DNA of 64,000 nucleotides, from positions 1 to 64,000 of the forward strand of contig RSEE01000131.1 in NCBI GenBank assembly GCA_003971905.1. Reading direction: 5' to 3'. This DNA comes from Moniliella sp. 'wahieum' (taxonomy: Eukaryota). The notes beneath the pieces were generated by a model, which was not told the DNA's origin, did no database searches, and worked only from the letters and a program-made list of their open reading frames with translations. Numbering within the stretch: position 1 is the stretch's first letter; every line of letters starts with the position of its first letter. Made by a program: the position numbers and the translations under genes. Positions 47,066 through 60,300 of the stretch are shown in pieces.

Positions 47066-50000
47066 ATGGCCCGCGCCCACGCCAGCAGTCCCGCGCCCGC
47101 CCCGGCCCGCCTCGACCTGGCCGCCAGCAGCACCGCCGCGCCCCCCTCCCCCCTCTCCGCCACCTCCGACCACGCCAGCCCGTCCAGTCGTGCGTCGCTC
47201 TGGACCGTGCGCAGCACCGCCACCTCCGCCTCCACCTCCACCGCCACCTCTGTCTCCTCGTGCGACTCGGACGCATCCCCTCCTTCGCCCACTTCTCCCT
47301 CCCCGCCCGCCAAGTCCGATGCGCGGCCGCCTGTGGGTCCTGCCGAGCCAGGCCTTGGCCCCCCGTCCAGCTCCACCGTAGCCGGTCGCTCCAAACGCTG
47401 CATGCGGAGCCAACACCTTCGCACCTGCCTCTCCCGCTTGCCCCTCCGCTCTTCGAGACGGCCGAGGTTGCCCAGGGCACGGTGCGCTTAGTAGGCCAGC
47501 CAACGCATGCGATCGCCTCGGTCCTCGCCTCGGCAGCCAAGGCATCGTCTCTGTTCGTCATCTCTACATTTCAGCCACCTCGGCGCGCGCTTGCCGACCT
47601 GCTGCTCGACGCTGTTCTGCCTACTCTTGCTCCGAGCTCATCTCGCTGGATGTGAGTGGGTGCGGCCTGAGCAAATGGCTGCAAGGTCTGCGCAGCTGCA
47701 CCCGTCTCGAACATCTCAATTTGTCGGACAACGAGTTGCTTGGCAACCCTCCTTCTTGGCTGGCCGAACTCACACAGCTTCGTCACCTCACTCTTGAAAA
47801 AGTGGGTCTGACCGAGTTGCCGACGGAATGCGTTGCGCTGCAGGCGCTCGAGTCGCTGAATTTGGTCGACAACCAGTTAGTCCAGCCTCCACGGTGGCTC
47901 TACCGACTGCCGCAGTTGCATCAATGCGGCTGAACGGTAATCCGCTCTACAAGCCTTGGGCAGAGATGTTGGAACCGTTGCTTGACTCTTCCCTTTGCAG
48001 CTATCGAACGCCAAGCCCAAGTGCGACTTCGATCTCCTTTGAGCCGTTTGAGCCGAGCCCTAGTCGCAATCCAAAACCGCTTCCTTACTCGAGCTCCTTT
48101 ATCCCTCTTCGCCACGCAAGCCCACTGGTCATCTTGGCCCTGAGCCCGCCGCGCTAACCACCAAGTCGGCACCTGCGTCCCCCGTCAAGGCACAGTCGAC
48201 ATCCCACCTTCCCTGCCCAAATCACCTTCTGGGGGCCACCGTTGGACTACGAGGTTGCGCTGGCCAAAGACCATGCGGTCCGTATCCAGTCCGACCGTGG
48301 CTCAGCCTCTGTGCCTCCTGTCCCTCCTCTCCCCCGCGTTCTCAGGCAAGGCTAATGCCCAGGACACTGGGTGCTCTTCCCCTCGCGCTCCTTCCCGGTC
48401 CAGTTCTGGCCCGGTCGTAGAGGACGCCCCGCCGCCGCGCCGGAGGAAGGAGGAGGGGAAACGACGACGGAACCGCTGCGCTCGGACCGTTTGATCCGGG
48501 CTGGCCTGGTCTCCAATCCTCTGCGACCGACGGCAGCCCGAGAGCGAACAAGACCAAGTCCAAGTCCCAACCGTTGGTTCGGCACAAGAAACGCATGCGG
48601 GTCATGTTCGTTCGTGCTGCAGAGTACCTTCGTGACTTGGATCAGCTGGCTGCCCATCCGGTCCCGCTACGTGCGTCGGGGACTTTGGCGCAGAAGGCCC
48701 GGCGCAGGCCAAAGCATCGTCCTCGCCGACCCACCTGCCCCGCGTCGGGCTGGGCGTGGGGACGGCCAAAGTTCGTCCGGAGGTGGCTGAGCACGTGGCT
48801 ATGCTACAGCAGAGTGCGCGGGACGATCCTGAGCGGCGCAAGAGGGTGGTGGCGGAACTGATTAGCTCGGAGCAGACGTACGTCGAGGCGGGGTTGGAGC
48901 CGCTGGTGGAAGTGTATGCGCGACCGTGCGTGGGCTTGGTCCCGGCCAGCCAGCACAAGTTGGTGTTTAGCAATGTGGAGGCGCTCTTGGCGTTCCACAA
49001 GCACGGCTTTTTGCCTGCGCTCACCAAGGCCGCCCTGCCGCTGCTCAACCCGCCTGTGCACGCCACGGGAGGCGAAAGCGAGCACCAACGCTCCCTCGAG
49101 GCGGCCGTGGCCGTAGCAAGGGTGTTTGTGCAGCATGCTGCCTTTTTGCGCATGTACGCCGCGTACATCAACACGTGCGATGTGGCTCAGCAAATTGTTC
49201 TCAGCTGGCGCCCGGAGCCGCTGGGGCTGACCGGCGGAGCGAACGGGATGCGCAAACGGTCCCTCGGCGGCAACTTGGGACGTTCTGCCACGTTGGCCAT
49301 CTCGCGCCCGGGGGCGCGGGACCCGGATGACCCGGTTGCCCAGGCACGCGCGGAGATTCCTTTGCCCAAACGCAGGGCGATCCAGCGGCACTTTAAGCGT
49401 GCTGCCTTGGACCCTCGTACCAGCGCCTTGGGCTTGGAGTCGTACCTTCTCTTGCCCATCCAACGAATCCCGCGTTACCGCCTGCTTCTGGAGGAGTTGG
49501 TGCGCTGTGTGCCCGTCACGCCCGCCTCGTCGTCCCAGGAGGAACCGCACCACCAAGTGGCCCATGCGCTGGCCAGTATTCTGACCGTAGCCAAGGGCAT
49601 GAACGAGGCCAAGCGTTTTGCCGAACAAGAGACACGCATGTGCGTCTGGCAAGAGTACATGATGACCCATGGAATGCAATTGCCCAACGGTGCGAGCTTG
49701 GTCCAACCTCACCGCCACCTGCTCAAAGAAGGCACCCTTCTTCTCCACCGCCTCGCCGCCCAGGCCAGGTCTACGTTCGCACCGCCCATGCCCATGCTCT
49801 GCTCCTGCTCACGCTAATGCTCCTGCGGCAGCGGGACGAACTGCGCCCAGTTGCCCGTCCCAACCTTCTGGCCCCCTCGCTCGATCCCATACTCTCGCCG
49901 CCCCACGTCGGCCCGGACGCGGATCGCTCCCGATCCCCATCTTGCACCAAGACTGGGCCCAGCAATCTCTCACTGCCCTCTTGTGCAACGACCTCTCCTC

Positions 50001-50210
50001 CTGCACCAGCCTGCCTCGGGCTCGCCCCACGTCCGCGCCGCGATCGAGCTGCACAGCCCAAACCAAATCATGGTGGAAGGCGCGACGGTACGCGTGCAGG
50101 ATAGTAACCAGATCTTTTACTTGGGCGCCGCGTCGGACACGGAGGCCTTGACCTGGCTGTCTTGCTTCCGTGATTCCGTGCATGAACCTCTTGGGATGGG
50201 AACGGCGTAA
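47066..50210 (+). CDS. LRR + RhoGEF (DH) + probable PH domain protein
   Basis: LRRs LEHLNLSDNELL, LRHLTLEKVGLTELP, LESLNLVDNQLVQPP, MRLNGNP. DH domain RRKRVVAELISSEQTYV...VFSNVEALLAFH...LESYLLLPIQRIPRYRLLLEEL. PH-like end LVQPHRHLLKEG...EALTWLSCF. Confidence 0.88.
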
Positions 50211-50949
50211 ACCTACCTATGCCCAACCTAACGCGCCATGCCAGCGAGGTCCAGATGACCTACTGGCTCCATTCGTTTCTACTGCTGGCATATATGCCTG
50301 TTTTGCTCTGCCCAACCTTGCCCAACTTGTACCCTCTCTCTTGATTGCCACCTTGGTCTTACTCTCCTTGTAACCTACCGTTTCATTGTCACTTGGTCTC
50401 TCTTTGTCACCATGTCACCGTTCCTCATTGCTTTGTACCTTCATTTCACGAATCCATCATTTCACTCCCCTCTTCTCTCTATCAACATAGCGGTGGATTC
50501 AGTGGTTAGAAAAAGTAATAGTAGGGTAGATAGCGCGTACCGTGCCGGTCAGGCAGGCCGCAGTCCAAAGAACAGACAGACACAAGATCGCAAGCGTGAG
50601 GACACAAAAGAAAAAGGGGAGACTGCAACGGACAGTTGGAAAAACTTAAAAGGCAAGGGGGGGGGAAAGACAACGGCCGATAAGAAAAGCATCAACGCGC
50701 GTCACGGGTTATCGTTGGATCCAGGTACTGCCCATGCCAAGCAAGGGCAGACTGAAAGCCAGAAGGTGGGGTTATATCAACGCAAGGTCAGGGTATGGGG
50801 GATACAGGGTGGGGGAGGGGTCACCATGCCAAGAGGCAAGGCGGTGTCGGCGGGTATGGCCTTCCTCCCACGGAGGGGAGGAACATAAAGTGGCAAAGTA
50901 CCGACGGGTTATCGGGTAGCAGCGACACGCACTGCAAGTCCAAACCGAC

Positions 50950-51753
50950 TTAGGCCGTCGCCAGGGTGCAGCAGTCTCGGCCGGCTTGGGCACCTCAACA
51001 GCAGGAGCCGGCTCGGCCGGCTTGGTCTCGGCCGCCTTCTCGTCCGTCACTTCCGTGGACGCGGGCGCAGGCTTCTTCTGGTGCGATTCAATCTTCTCGG
51101 CGGCCTCCTCAAAGGCCTTCTTGGTGCGCTCAAAGAACGAGGTACGGAGCTTGTTCACTTGATGCTCAGACGGCGGCCCACCTTCTCCTTCTCAGGGGCA
51201 GGAGCGTCCGCCTTGGCATCCTCCGCACCTTGACTTCCTTCTCAGCAGGCTTCTCCTCGGCAGGCTTCTCTTCAACAGGCGTCTCCTTGGGCCCTCCTCA
51301 GCAGGCTTCTCCGTCGCGGCGGGCGTCTCCTCCTTGGGTGCCTCCTCAACAGCGGGAGCAGCAGGCTCCTCCGTCTTGGGCGTCTCCTCAGTCTTGGGCG
51401 TTTCCTCCTCTTGGGCAAGGGCGCCTCGGCCTTCTTCTTCTGCGCAAGGGGAGCGAGAAGACGTTGAAGGATGGAAGTACGCTTGGTCTTGACATCCGTC
51501 TTTTCCTCCTTGACAGGCTCCTCAGCAGCTTCTTCAGCGGGCTTGGCCTCCTCCTCCTCCTTGGCAGGCTCCTCAGCGGGCTTGGCCTCCTCTTCCTTGG
51601 GGGCCTCCTCCGTCGCCGCGGGCTCCTCGGCAGCAGCAGGGGCAGGGGCAGCCGCCTCGGCGGCAGGCGCCTCGACGGCAGCCGGCTCGGTGGCGGCAAC
51701 CTCGGTGGCAACAGGGGCCGTGGTGCGGGGACCGTCTCAGGGGCAGCAGACAT
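50950..51753 (-). CDS. Ala/Glu/Pro/Lys-rich intrinsically disordered protein; 5'-UTR intron 51754..51816
   Basis: MSAAPETVPAP...EEPAKEEEEAKPAEE...KRTSILQRLLAPL...KLRTSFFERTKKAF...PAETAAPLATA* across indels, with strongly biased codons. A GTGCGT..CTAAC..CAG intron abuts the ATG. Confidence 0.75.
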
Positions 51754-54700
51754 CTGCCAGGCAGCGAGGGGGGTTAGCACGCGTATGTCCCACGGGGGGC
51801 AGAAGGAGAAACGCACGGTAGTTGGTGGGTAAAAGGGGATAGGGAGCAGTAGCAGGGGCTGGTTGTAAGTAGGTAGGAGTTGGTGGGATCGACGGAGAGG
51901 GGGGGGTGGCCTGAGGGTATTTAAGCGAGGGGGGGGATTGGGGGGTGGGCATGGCGGCAGTATAGCCGCCGCCGCAGCGGGAGAGCAGCGGGTAACTCTG
52001 TGCTCCCGCGCGCGCGCCGGCGGTAGGCGTTGGGTGTGGCCGGGGGGCGCTGGTGCGGTGATGGGCGCCGTGCGACGCAGCTGTGGCGAGCAGGGGCGGG
52101 ACACGCCGGCAGTGGCGGGCAGTGGCAGGCAGAGTGGCGCCCGCGGCGCAGTCACTTGCTGCCCTCGTGCCTCCCGCATGGCGCCAGTGTCGCCACGACA
52201 GGGGACACGCCACGCCCGCTGACACTGGCCCTGTGCCGCCGCGCAGAGGCCGAACTGAGGGCGCGTGCGCGCCCGACCGGCGTCCTGTTCGACAGGATAA
52301 TGGCTGCGAAACCGCCACCGCGCTCTGCGCTGCTCGGCTGCGGCCATCCATCGTCCGTCGGCTGGGCCTCCATCATTCTGGCCGCCTCAACCTTCACCTC
52401 TTCACCTCCTCCATCTCCCACACACGAGCCCCGAGCTCCGCCTCATCCGCCTTCCCACTGGGCCCAAAACGGAACCACATGTCATTGAAAACCCTGATTC
52501 AACATCAGTACCACTCTCTCTTGCGCGAACAACATAGGTCCCGTTTGGTTGCACCAATGCAGCAGTTTGCGATACGTGCGAGAATGTGATTTCGCGCCAA
52601 CCAGGTCTCGGCCAATGTCTGTTTGTGGGGGCCTTCCCCCCAACTTTTGTAGGTCGCAAACATTACCACAGGAGATCTGTGTACTCATCACGGGACTTTC
52701 CTCGCTCATATAATTGATGGCCTCCACTTTGCGGATGGTGTGGGAGTGTTAGGCTTGGACGAAGACTACATTCTGGCATCCGATCGCTGAGCGGCTGCAC
52801 TGCATTCCTGCACCGACCTGGCTGGCTCTCGTCCTATTATACTCATCTCCCTCTCGGAGGAAGGCTTGCTGGATGACTATAATCTCCCGACTGCACCTCG
52901 TCTCGGCGCTCGATGTGTGGCATACAAGTGGTTAGGCCAACGAAGATTTGGAATCGATTTCCGTTCGAGCCATTCTTCCCTGATCATTTCTCTGGGATTT
53001 ACGAGCAAAACATATCACGGCTTCTTCAGAAGAAAGACAACTGCACTCGGAGTGGCTTTTTTCGAGTGAGAGAGGAGAATACTGTGGGGTGGTTCCTCTT
53101 GCACGGATTTTAAATTGGTGATGACTCTCGCTTGCGGACGGAAGGGATCGCCGGCTGGCGCCACTGTCTCCCTTGTGTTGTCCGGTGTATGTCTCCTTCT
53201 CATGATGAAACCCCTTCGATGTTATACTTTTGAAGACTTCTGACTTTTTCCATTTTTTGCCTTCATTCCTTTTAGGGAGGCCACTTTGCAGCTGAGACTC
53301 GGTAGGATCCCCGAGTTCTCCAATCTGTTGGGCTCTGGGAGTTATGTAGGTACTATTGTCGGTTATTCTTCAGGCAGAAGAAGAAAAAAAGTCCCGTAAT
53401 ATCTAAGGATCTAGACAAAGGGTCATCCCATCAACTCCTTCAACAATACTCCTTGAGGGACGAATCCCCCACAATCAGACTGATGGTCCAACACACAAGG
53501 CACGGAGACTGTTGGTAGACGCACAACGGTCGCTTGACGGGTCAGTATGGACAGTTGAAAAGTATGAGGCACAAAAATTTGCCTCATCCATCACATCGCA
53601 TCATTATCGCAGCACCTTGTTGCCATTCACCATCCCCTCTCACTCGCCTCGGTACGAAGCTCCGGACGAGAGTGAGAAGAAGGAAACGAAATTTGGCTTC
53701 AATTACATGAATCGCTGACCCACATGTGACCTGTACTAAAGTGGCCGATGTCCTCTTCCCTGCCGCCTCCCTTATCAAAACCGTTTTCTGGTGAAAAGGA
53801 TATAGGCAATGGCCACAACGTGGGCAGGAAAGTAAAGAATGGTAAAAAAGACGGTAACCGGTAAGCGGCAACCACCGGCGGTAAGACCAAGGCTAATCAA
53901 TGCCAAGGCCGATACCATATGCAACAGAGGTAAGCGGTTATCCGCGGTTGTAGTCTGAATTCATGGCGTCTGCATTTTATTATTAGGGTGCTTTTGATAG
54001 GACGCGTGTATTAGGCAACGCATATGCGGTCGCCCTACAGTGGTCTGACTAGTCTGACTGGTGAATCTCAAGTACTGAGCGCACGCTAGCATATCATTGC
54101 AGCTTAAAGGTAGGGGTATGTGTGCAATTATCACGTTTATCGATTATCGTCTTCCCCATCCCGAGGCCCTGGCAGGCCCAGGCAGCCCAGGCCTGGAGCC
54201 CAACGGGACAACTGGATTTAGAAAGAAATCGCGTGAGTTACGTACCTGACCGTGGCGATCGCCGTGCCTGCCTCATGCTATCCTACGCGAGGCTATATAC
54301 GCTCTGAAAAGCACGTTATCCGGTAAACCGGTAAACGCTTAACGTACTTAACGTTTACGTTGAAGCTAGTAACATGTAACAACAGAAAGTACGGTAGCAA
54401 AAGTACCAAGTATAAAGGGGGGGCACGATCATATATCGATCATAGAGCATAGGTCACTCGTCTATAGGACACTCTTCCCTCAGGGCCCCAACCTGGCTGT
54501 GAGCCTGAGGCCTGAGGCCTGAGGCCCGGGGCTAACTCAAGTTAGTTAATACTAGTTACTAGTTACGCATTACGCGGTTACGCCAGCGCTTCATCAGCCG
54601 CCCGTAGAACAATATATATGTACCTCCTTGTACCCAATTGTTGAAACGGTTTGGTTGAAGCGTTCAAGAACAAAACAATCTACTGCAAGCTTTTCATTGA

Positions 54701-55431
54701 ACTTTAGCGGGAAAAACGACAACATCAACGCATCAGTGCGTCCGCCTAACTTAGTAACTTGTAACTCTCCTCTCTTATCTCTCCCCATCTTCGCTCTGGC
54801 CACAGAGGCAAGTCCACCCCATCTCAGGCCGCCCTGGGCCTATCTGAACCTCACAGACGGATGACAGTATACCGTCGATCGGGGTTAAGCTTCACTATTC
54901 AATCGTGTCTTCAGCACTAGTCACTAGTTACTGAACCGGCTGAGGGAGGCACACAACACCAAACAGATTAACCATGAAGACGCCGCGAGGCAAAATGTAA
55001 TTCGGTGAAGGCGATAATACAGAAACGGCACGCGAAGGCAGAGGTGGAGGAATGGAGCTTGGAGGGTTGAGCGCTGAGCAGAGGAACCTTGCTGAGATAT
55101 GAGTTTCAGGGCATTGCCAGCGCAGCAGCAGAGAGGAGGAACCAGCACGGACAAGGGGGATGATGAAACCGAGGTTTGCAACAAAAGGTAAGCAGCAAGG
55201 GGAGGGGGAGGGGTAGCGAAAACGTAAAAGGGGGGTAAGAAGGAGAGACCAGAGGAGACCAGGTGAGACGAGACGGGATAAGGGGAATGAAGTGTCGAGA
55301 GTTGAGTGTTGGGATCTGAGATGCAATGTGGCCAAGGTGCTGGCGATCATGACGCGAGAGACAATGCACAGAAAAAAGACTCGAGAATTAGCGTTGCGTC
55401 GTAAACCAACCGTCGCTATCCTCCTGCCGTG

Positions 55432-57334
55432 TCACCGATGGGTCCAACCATGAACATCGGTAAGAGATGCGGGGTACGACAGTTTGGGCCCACTCCGTCC
55501 CCTGTCACGGTGGCACCGTAGCAGTTGGGGTAGGGGGCGAAGGAAGGGTGGTGGTGGGGGCCGAGGTGGGCACGACCAAGTCGAGCGTGTCACTGCGCAC
55601 TGGTCGGTGCCCAGGTCGCGGGACAGGCCCAAGGGGGAGGCCAAGCCGGCTTGGCGGTCGGCCAAACAAGGGGTAAGAAGGGCAGGTTTCAGGTCCAAGT
55701 CGTACGAGGTGAGAGGATTGCAGAATTGACTGAACGCCACTTCACTTGCGAGTGCAACAAAAGGATCTATCAGCACTCATGCCGACACGGAGAAAAAGGA
55801 CCAGAGGGGGGGGATAGAAGGTGGGATGGGGGCTCACCTAGGGTCCGACCAGGGTGGAGGTAGTACATCTGAGTGTTGAGGGCTGAAACTTGGCGGACCC
55901 AAGTCACACTTCGGTACCGACTTGAACGTACCTGGTCCCAGCTCCATGGGCACATTGGGCGTGGATAGGGAGGAATGTAGCGTCTCAGGGGATAAGCTGT
56001 TGGCTTGATCCAATGCGGGGGAAAGAAGGCTAGGGAGACAGACATGCCCATCTGGAGCGGGGAGGAGGCGGAGCTTTGTCCCGTCAGGCAAGTGAGGGTA
56101 GAAGAGTGGCTGAGCGACAGGGATCCACTCCGGGGAAGGAGGGTAAGTATTCGTGCTGGGCAACGAGGTGTGGTGAGGGATGGTGTGCGCAAGCGGTGGC
56201 ATGCCGACGGAAGTGGGCGAGGCAAATACGTGCTGCAATCCGAGTCCCGGTACGAAAAATCGGGTACAGGAGGGCCGGAGACCGAATGCAAGTTGGGCAA
56301 CGACTTGGCAGTGCGGACAGAGCGACCACCAGAACCGGCTGCATGGGCCGTGATTGAGGAACGGGAGGAGGTGCGGGAATGCACCTGGTTGGGAACGGTG
56401 CGGATTACGGTGGCCTTCTTACCTGTCCTCCATTCGGCTAAGACGTCGGGTGCTATGCCCCACCATGAGCCCTTGCCCGGGATGGAAGCGGGCCGGGCAA
56501 TCTTGAGGAAAATGTGGTTTTTGATGGATAGTGTGGATTTGATCCGGTTCTTGACCTTGCCCTGCCAGGGGTGTAACATAGGAGGTCAGCAATGGGTTCG
56601 GAGGCAAAGTAAAACAGTCAAAACTGGAATAATACACCAAACCAAATAGTAGTGCTACAGAACACAACGAAACACGGAAACAAGACCCACCTCCCAGTTT
56701 TTTCCGTCGGTCCAACGGTAGACTTCGGGAAAGTTGCTACACAAGCGAAGAAAGAGGTCCTGGACCACCAATCTAGCATCCGGCGCCTCGGAGATGGTTT
56801 GGCAGATCATGTCACACCAGTTCAGTCGGTACCCAACCAGAGAGCCTTGTTGAGGCAAGCTGGCAGTGGCGGGACCAGCGGCTAGACGCGCGCTGCTGAG
56901 GACACCGTGCGCTGGAACGCCCTGTACCGAACTTTTTGGCGACAGGGGACTGTGAGCTGTTGGTGAGGAAATGAAGGGGGGTAGCACTCCAACCGTATGT
57001 GGCCGAGCGGGGGGTGGCCAGGCTGATGTGGTGGTGGTGGCCCAGAGCGGCGGGGCTTGCTGGAGGCGATCGGCAGCTGGCGGGAAAGGTGGGAGACTGG
57101 CGGAGAGGATGGGGAGAGGAGGGAGGTTGGGATGCAGATGAGGCGTGGCGCGGTGGTGGCCGTTGTTGGGATTGGCAAAAGAACTGAGGGCGGGGGGGAA
57201 GGCGTGAGAAGAAGAATGCCAGGCGGCATGGAAGCCGGGGTGGGCCGGGGGAGAGGCCAGCAGAAGGACTCGGGGAGGAAGGAGAGGGCGGTGTGGCCGG
57301 AGGAGGCCGAGGAAGAGGGCGGAGGGGCGGCCAT
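55432..57334 (-). CDS. Forkhead (winged-helix) transcription factor, divergent; intron 56562..56690
   Basis: RLNWCDMICQTISEAPDARLVVQDLFLRLCSNFPEVYRW...NWE|GKVKNRIKSTLSIKNHIFLKIARPASIPGKGSWWGI aligns to forkhead H1-H3 and the PGKGxxW wing; the flanks are Pro/Ser-rich. Confidence 0.85.
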
Positions 57335-60300
57335 GGGGGCGAGAGGTGGTTGGTTGGTGCAGCGGAGGAGGCGGGAGGAGGAGGAGGGGCGATGCGGCAC
57401 GCCCAGGCGTCCGTCGTCCATCCAAACGCGTGCCCGATCTGGCGCCGACGGGGGGGGGGGCAGGGGGGCAGTGGGGGCTGGCTGTGGGACATGCAAGATG
57501 GCAGCCGAGGGAGGCAGGAGGTGCCGTTGACATGTGCCACGTGCCATGGCTGCATCACAATGTGACACAGTATGAAACAGGACGCAGGGTGCTGGTCGGT
57601 GATCGCAGACATGGCTGCCGCGTAGTGCTGCGTAGTGCTGCAGGGTGCTGCCGGGGTGTGCATCGCCGAGACCAGCAGCCACACCCGCCGCAGCCCAGCA
57701 TACCAGCGCACACCTGGCAGTATGCATGACATCCACTCCATGCCTGCTTTCAGATCTCCACATCTCAGATCTCCAGGCATATCGACGCCTATAGCGCCTA
57801 TCGCCTATCGCCTATCGCCTGTCGCCTATCGACTACTGCCTATATCGCCTCCCACTTCTACCACCTACCACCTATTTGCCACTCGCGGCCACAGCACCAA
57901 GCAGTGCCACAGCTGTGGGTTCCAGGTACCAGCTGTTTCCTCTTCTTTGTACTCATGGCAATCTGCATTAGCTGTGGAGATGCGTATACTCTCGGAGCAT
58001 ACGACGCCACGTTGAGTAGTGCCAACTTTCGCTTAGTAGCGCCGGACGATCAATGCAAAAGTATCCAACAGCGAGAGTGTTCCTGCATGGTGGGGACCAT
58101 GTTATCCGGCCATAGGGGATCCGAGGGACTAGACGCGTACTGGACACCGATCGCCATCGGTACATAGGGGTCTTTTGTGGTCCTTAAAGCTAGATTACGT
58201 ATGGACGGAGGCAGCCTGCCTCGCCACTCCGCCTGCCCTGCCTCTACAACCACACACTGCTATATTGCCTTCCACTGTGTTTGCCCCCCTTTTCTCCTCT
58301 CTCTCAGATCTCAGATCATCGATCATCGATCACAGATCTCGCACCAGCCTCTGTCCTGACTCGCATCCGATCGTGCGCCCTTCCTCTGGCTCCTTGGCGC
58401 TGATTCCGTTGCATATATGAATCAAGGAACCCTTGTCCCTCGACTGCTCTGGATCTGGAGCCACGCCCACGTGCCTCCCAAACAGATGCACAGCACGTGA
58501 CGTCATTTGTTGTCACACGCCCACAGAACAACCTGGTTTATATAGTACACTGCACCCTACCGCACCCCCTCGTGCCACTCACCTGCCACACACACGCGCG
58601 AGAGAATACAAACAGGGTATACTGCGGTCTTGTTACCTGCATGTAATGCACATCGCTATTAGCAACCTCTACCGGCAACCCTGCGGCTACCCACATCAGG
58701 TTACGGGCTGTGTCTCCAAAAACCCAGTGGGGCCTCTCTCAGACCTTCTCAGTAGTACTCCCTAAGATAGGATCTCCAAATGGACCAACGTAAGCCAACG
58801 TAACCCAAGTTCAACGTGTTCAGCCTCTCTCTCCCTTTCCATATATCGCTCTGATCCGCGGCAAAAGGATTACTGCTTGCTCTTCTTTGCCGCTGCGTCC
58901 ATCGGTCTCCGCCAGTTATTGGCAAGAAGCTGAGGATGCTGCTGACGCTGTGGACACATTAAGCCCTCAGGCTGGTGAGGCCTGAGCTCAGGCCTCATGC
59001 TGCCCCCCCATTCACATGCGCCAGCGACCGGGGCAGGAAGGGGCAAGATCGGTCACAGAAAGGTTGATCCACCGATCACCCAGTTCACCCGGTCACCGGG
59101 GAAAAAGCCCTCGGTAAGAAAAGACAAATGTGTTTGTAGATATGTAGTGGAGACTCGTGGGCCAGTGGGGCGGGGCTGGCTGGGTGCTGGTGACCACTAA
59201 AGAGTAAAGCTTAAAGCACACATACGCGGAGGCGATGAGACTTTTATGAAGCACACGTTAACTAGCTGCGGAACTATTAGTAAGGACGAGAAGTAATAGT
59301 AGTACTGCACTGCGATAAAACATCTAGTTATTAGATGTGGTTGAATATACATACGGCATAGCCGCTACCGATCTCCCATATCCATGGCAACGTCCGCGCG
59401 TCCCCGCCGTCCAGCTGCGAGCTTCCACAGTTTCCACACCCTCTTCTTTCTGTCGCATGGAACTCCGCCGTTCCTCCTCCTGCGCCTTCGCTCCGTTGAG
59501 TAAGTAGCGCCTCCCCGAGAAGCTTTGTCCGAAATCTCCGAATGAGTGCTTGCAAACGATATGGATGCTACGTAGTGGTGATGCACATAGAGCGTGTGCG
59601 ACTACATCATCGAGTATTGAGTTTATTTTGGAAGCCCTGCTTCGGCTTTGCTGCTTAGTGGTAAGCTTACCACACTCTCTTTTCACGGATCTTTTCACGC
59701 CTGTTTGTTGCTACAAAAAATATGTTCTTCTGCAACGCAGCAGGAGCGGGGAGCACTGAGTGTCATCGATGTCATCCAGGTCGCTTTGTCGCGAGGCCGG
59801 TAATCGATATGCTTTCTGTGGTACAGCAGTAATGCCCGTGATCACGATCGTTCTTTTCTTGCGAAGAGCTTGACAATCGACTCAGGTCTATGAAGTGTGT
59901 TGGATACCTGTGCGCGCTGGAAAAGCGCACTCTCTTCTCGGACCGCAGTCTTATAGAGAGAACGTTTGTAGTAAGGTTACTGAAGAGCACGAACGAAGCG
60001 TCGACTCTACCTCGCAACAGCACTTGAAGCTTGAAGCTTGAGGCACATGCCCTACATAGATTACTGTGTAGATCGTCGATCGTGGCAGAATGAGCGTTGC
60101 GATTGTTCAAGTATAGTCATTTCTACCTAAAAACGTATAGGAAGAGAAAGCTCTGTTTGGCACAGTGAAGAGGGGAAACGAAACAGAAACAAAAAAACGG
60201 CGGACGAGAGTGACTATAGTGACTACTGTAGTACTTAGTTGACGTCGGAGATGGTCGCCGAGTGGGATTGTGCCTCTCGCTCGCATGTCTACTGCGCTCG

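Noticed and set aside
52530..52710. Minus-strand GAGGAAAGTCCCGT with a downstream complementary ACGGGAC, resembling the RNase P/MRP P4 helix
   Set aside because: The P4 bulge geometry does not fit and no other conserved regions or P1-P3 helices are evident. Probably chance; an Rfam search would settle it.
53202..53243. ATGATGA...CTGA as a C/D box snoRNA
   Set aside because: Only ~42 nt long, with no terminal stem or recognisable rRNA guide.
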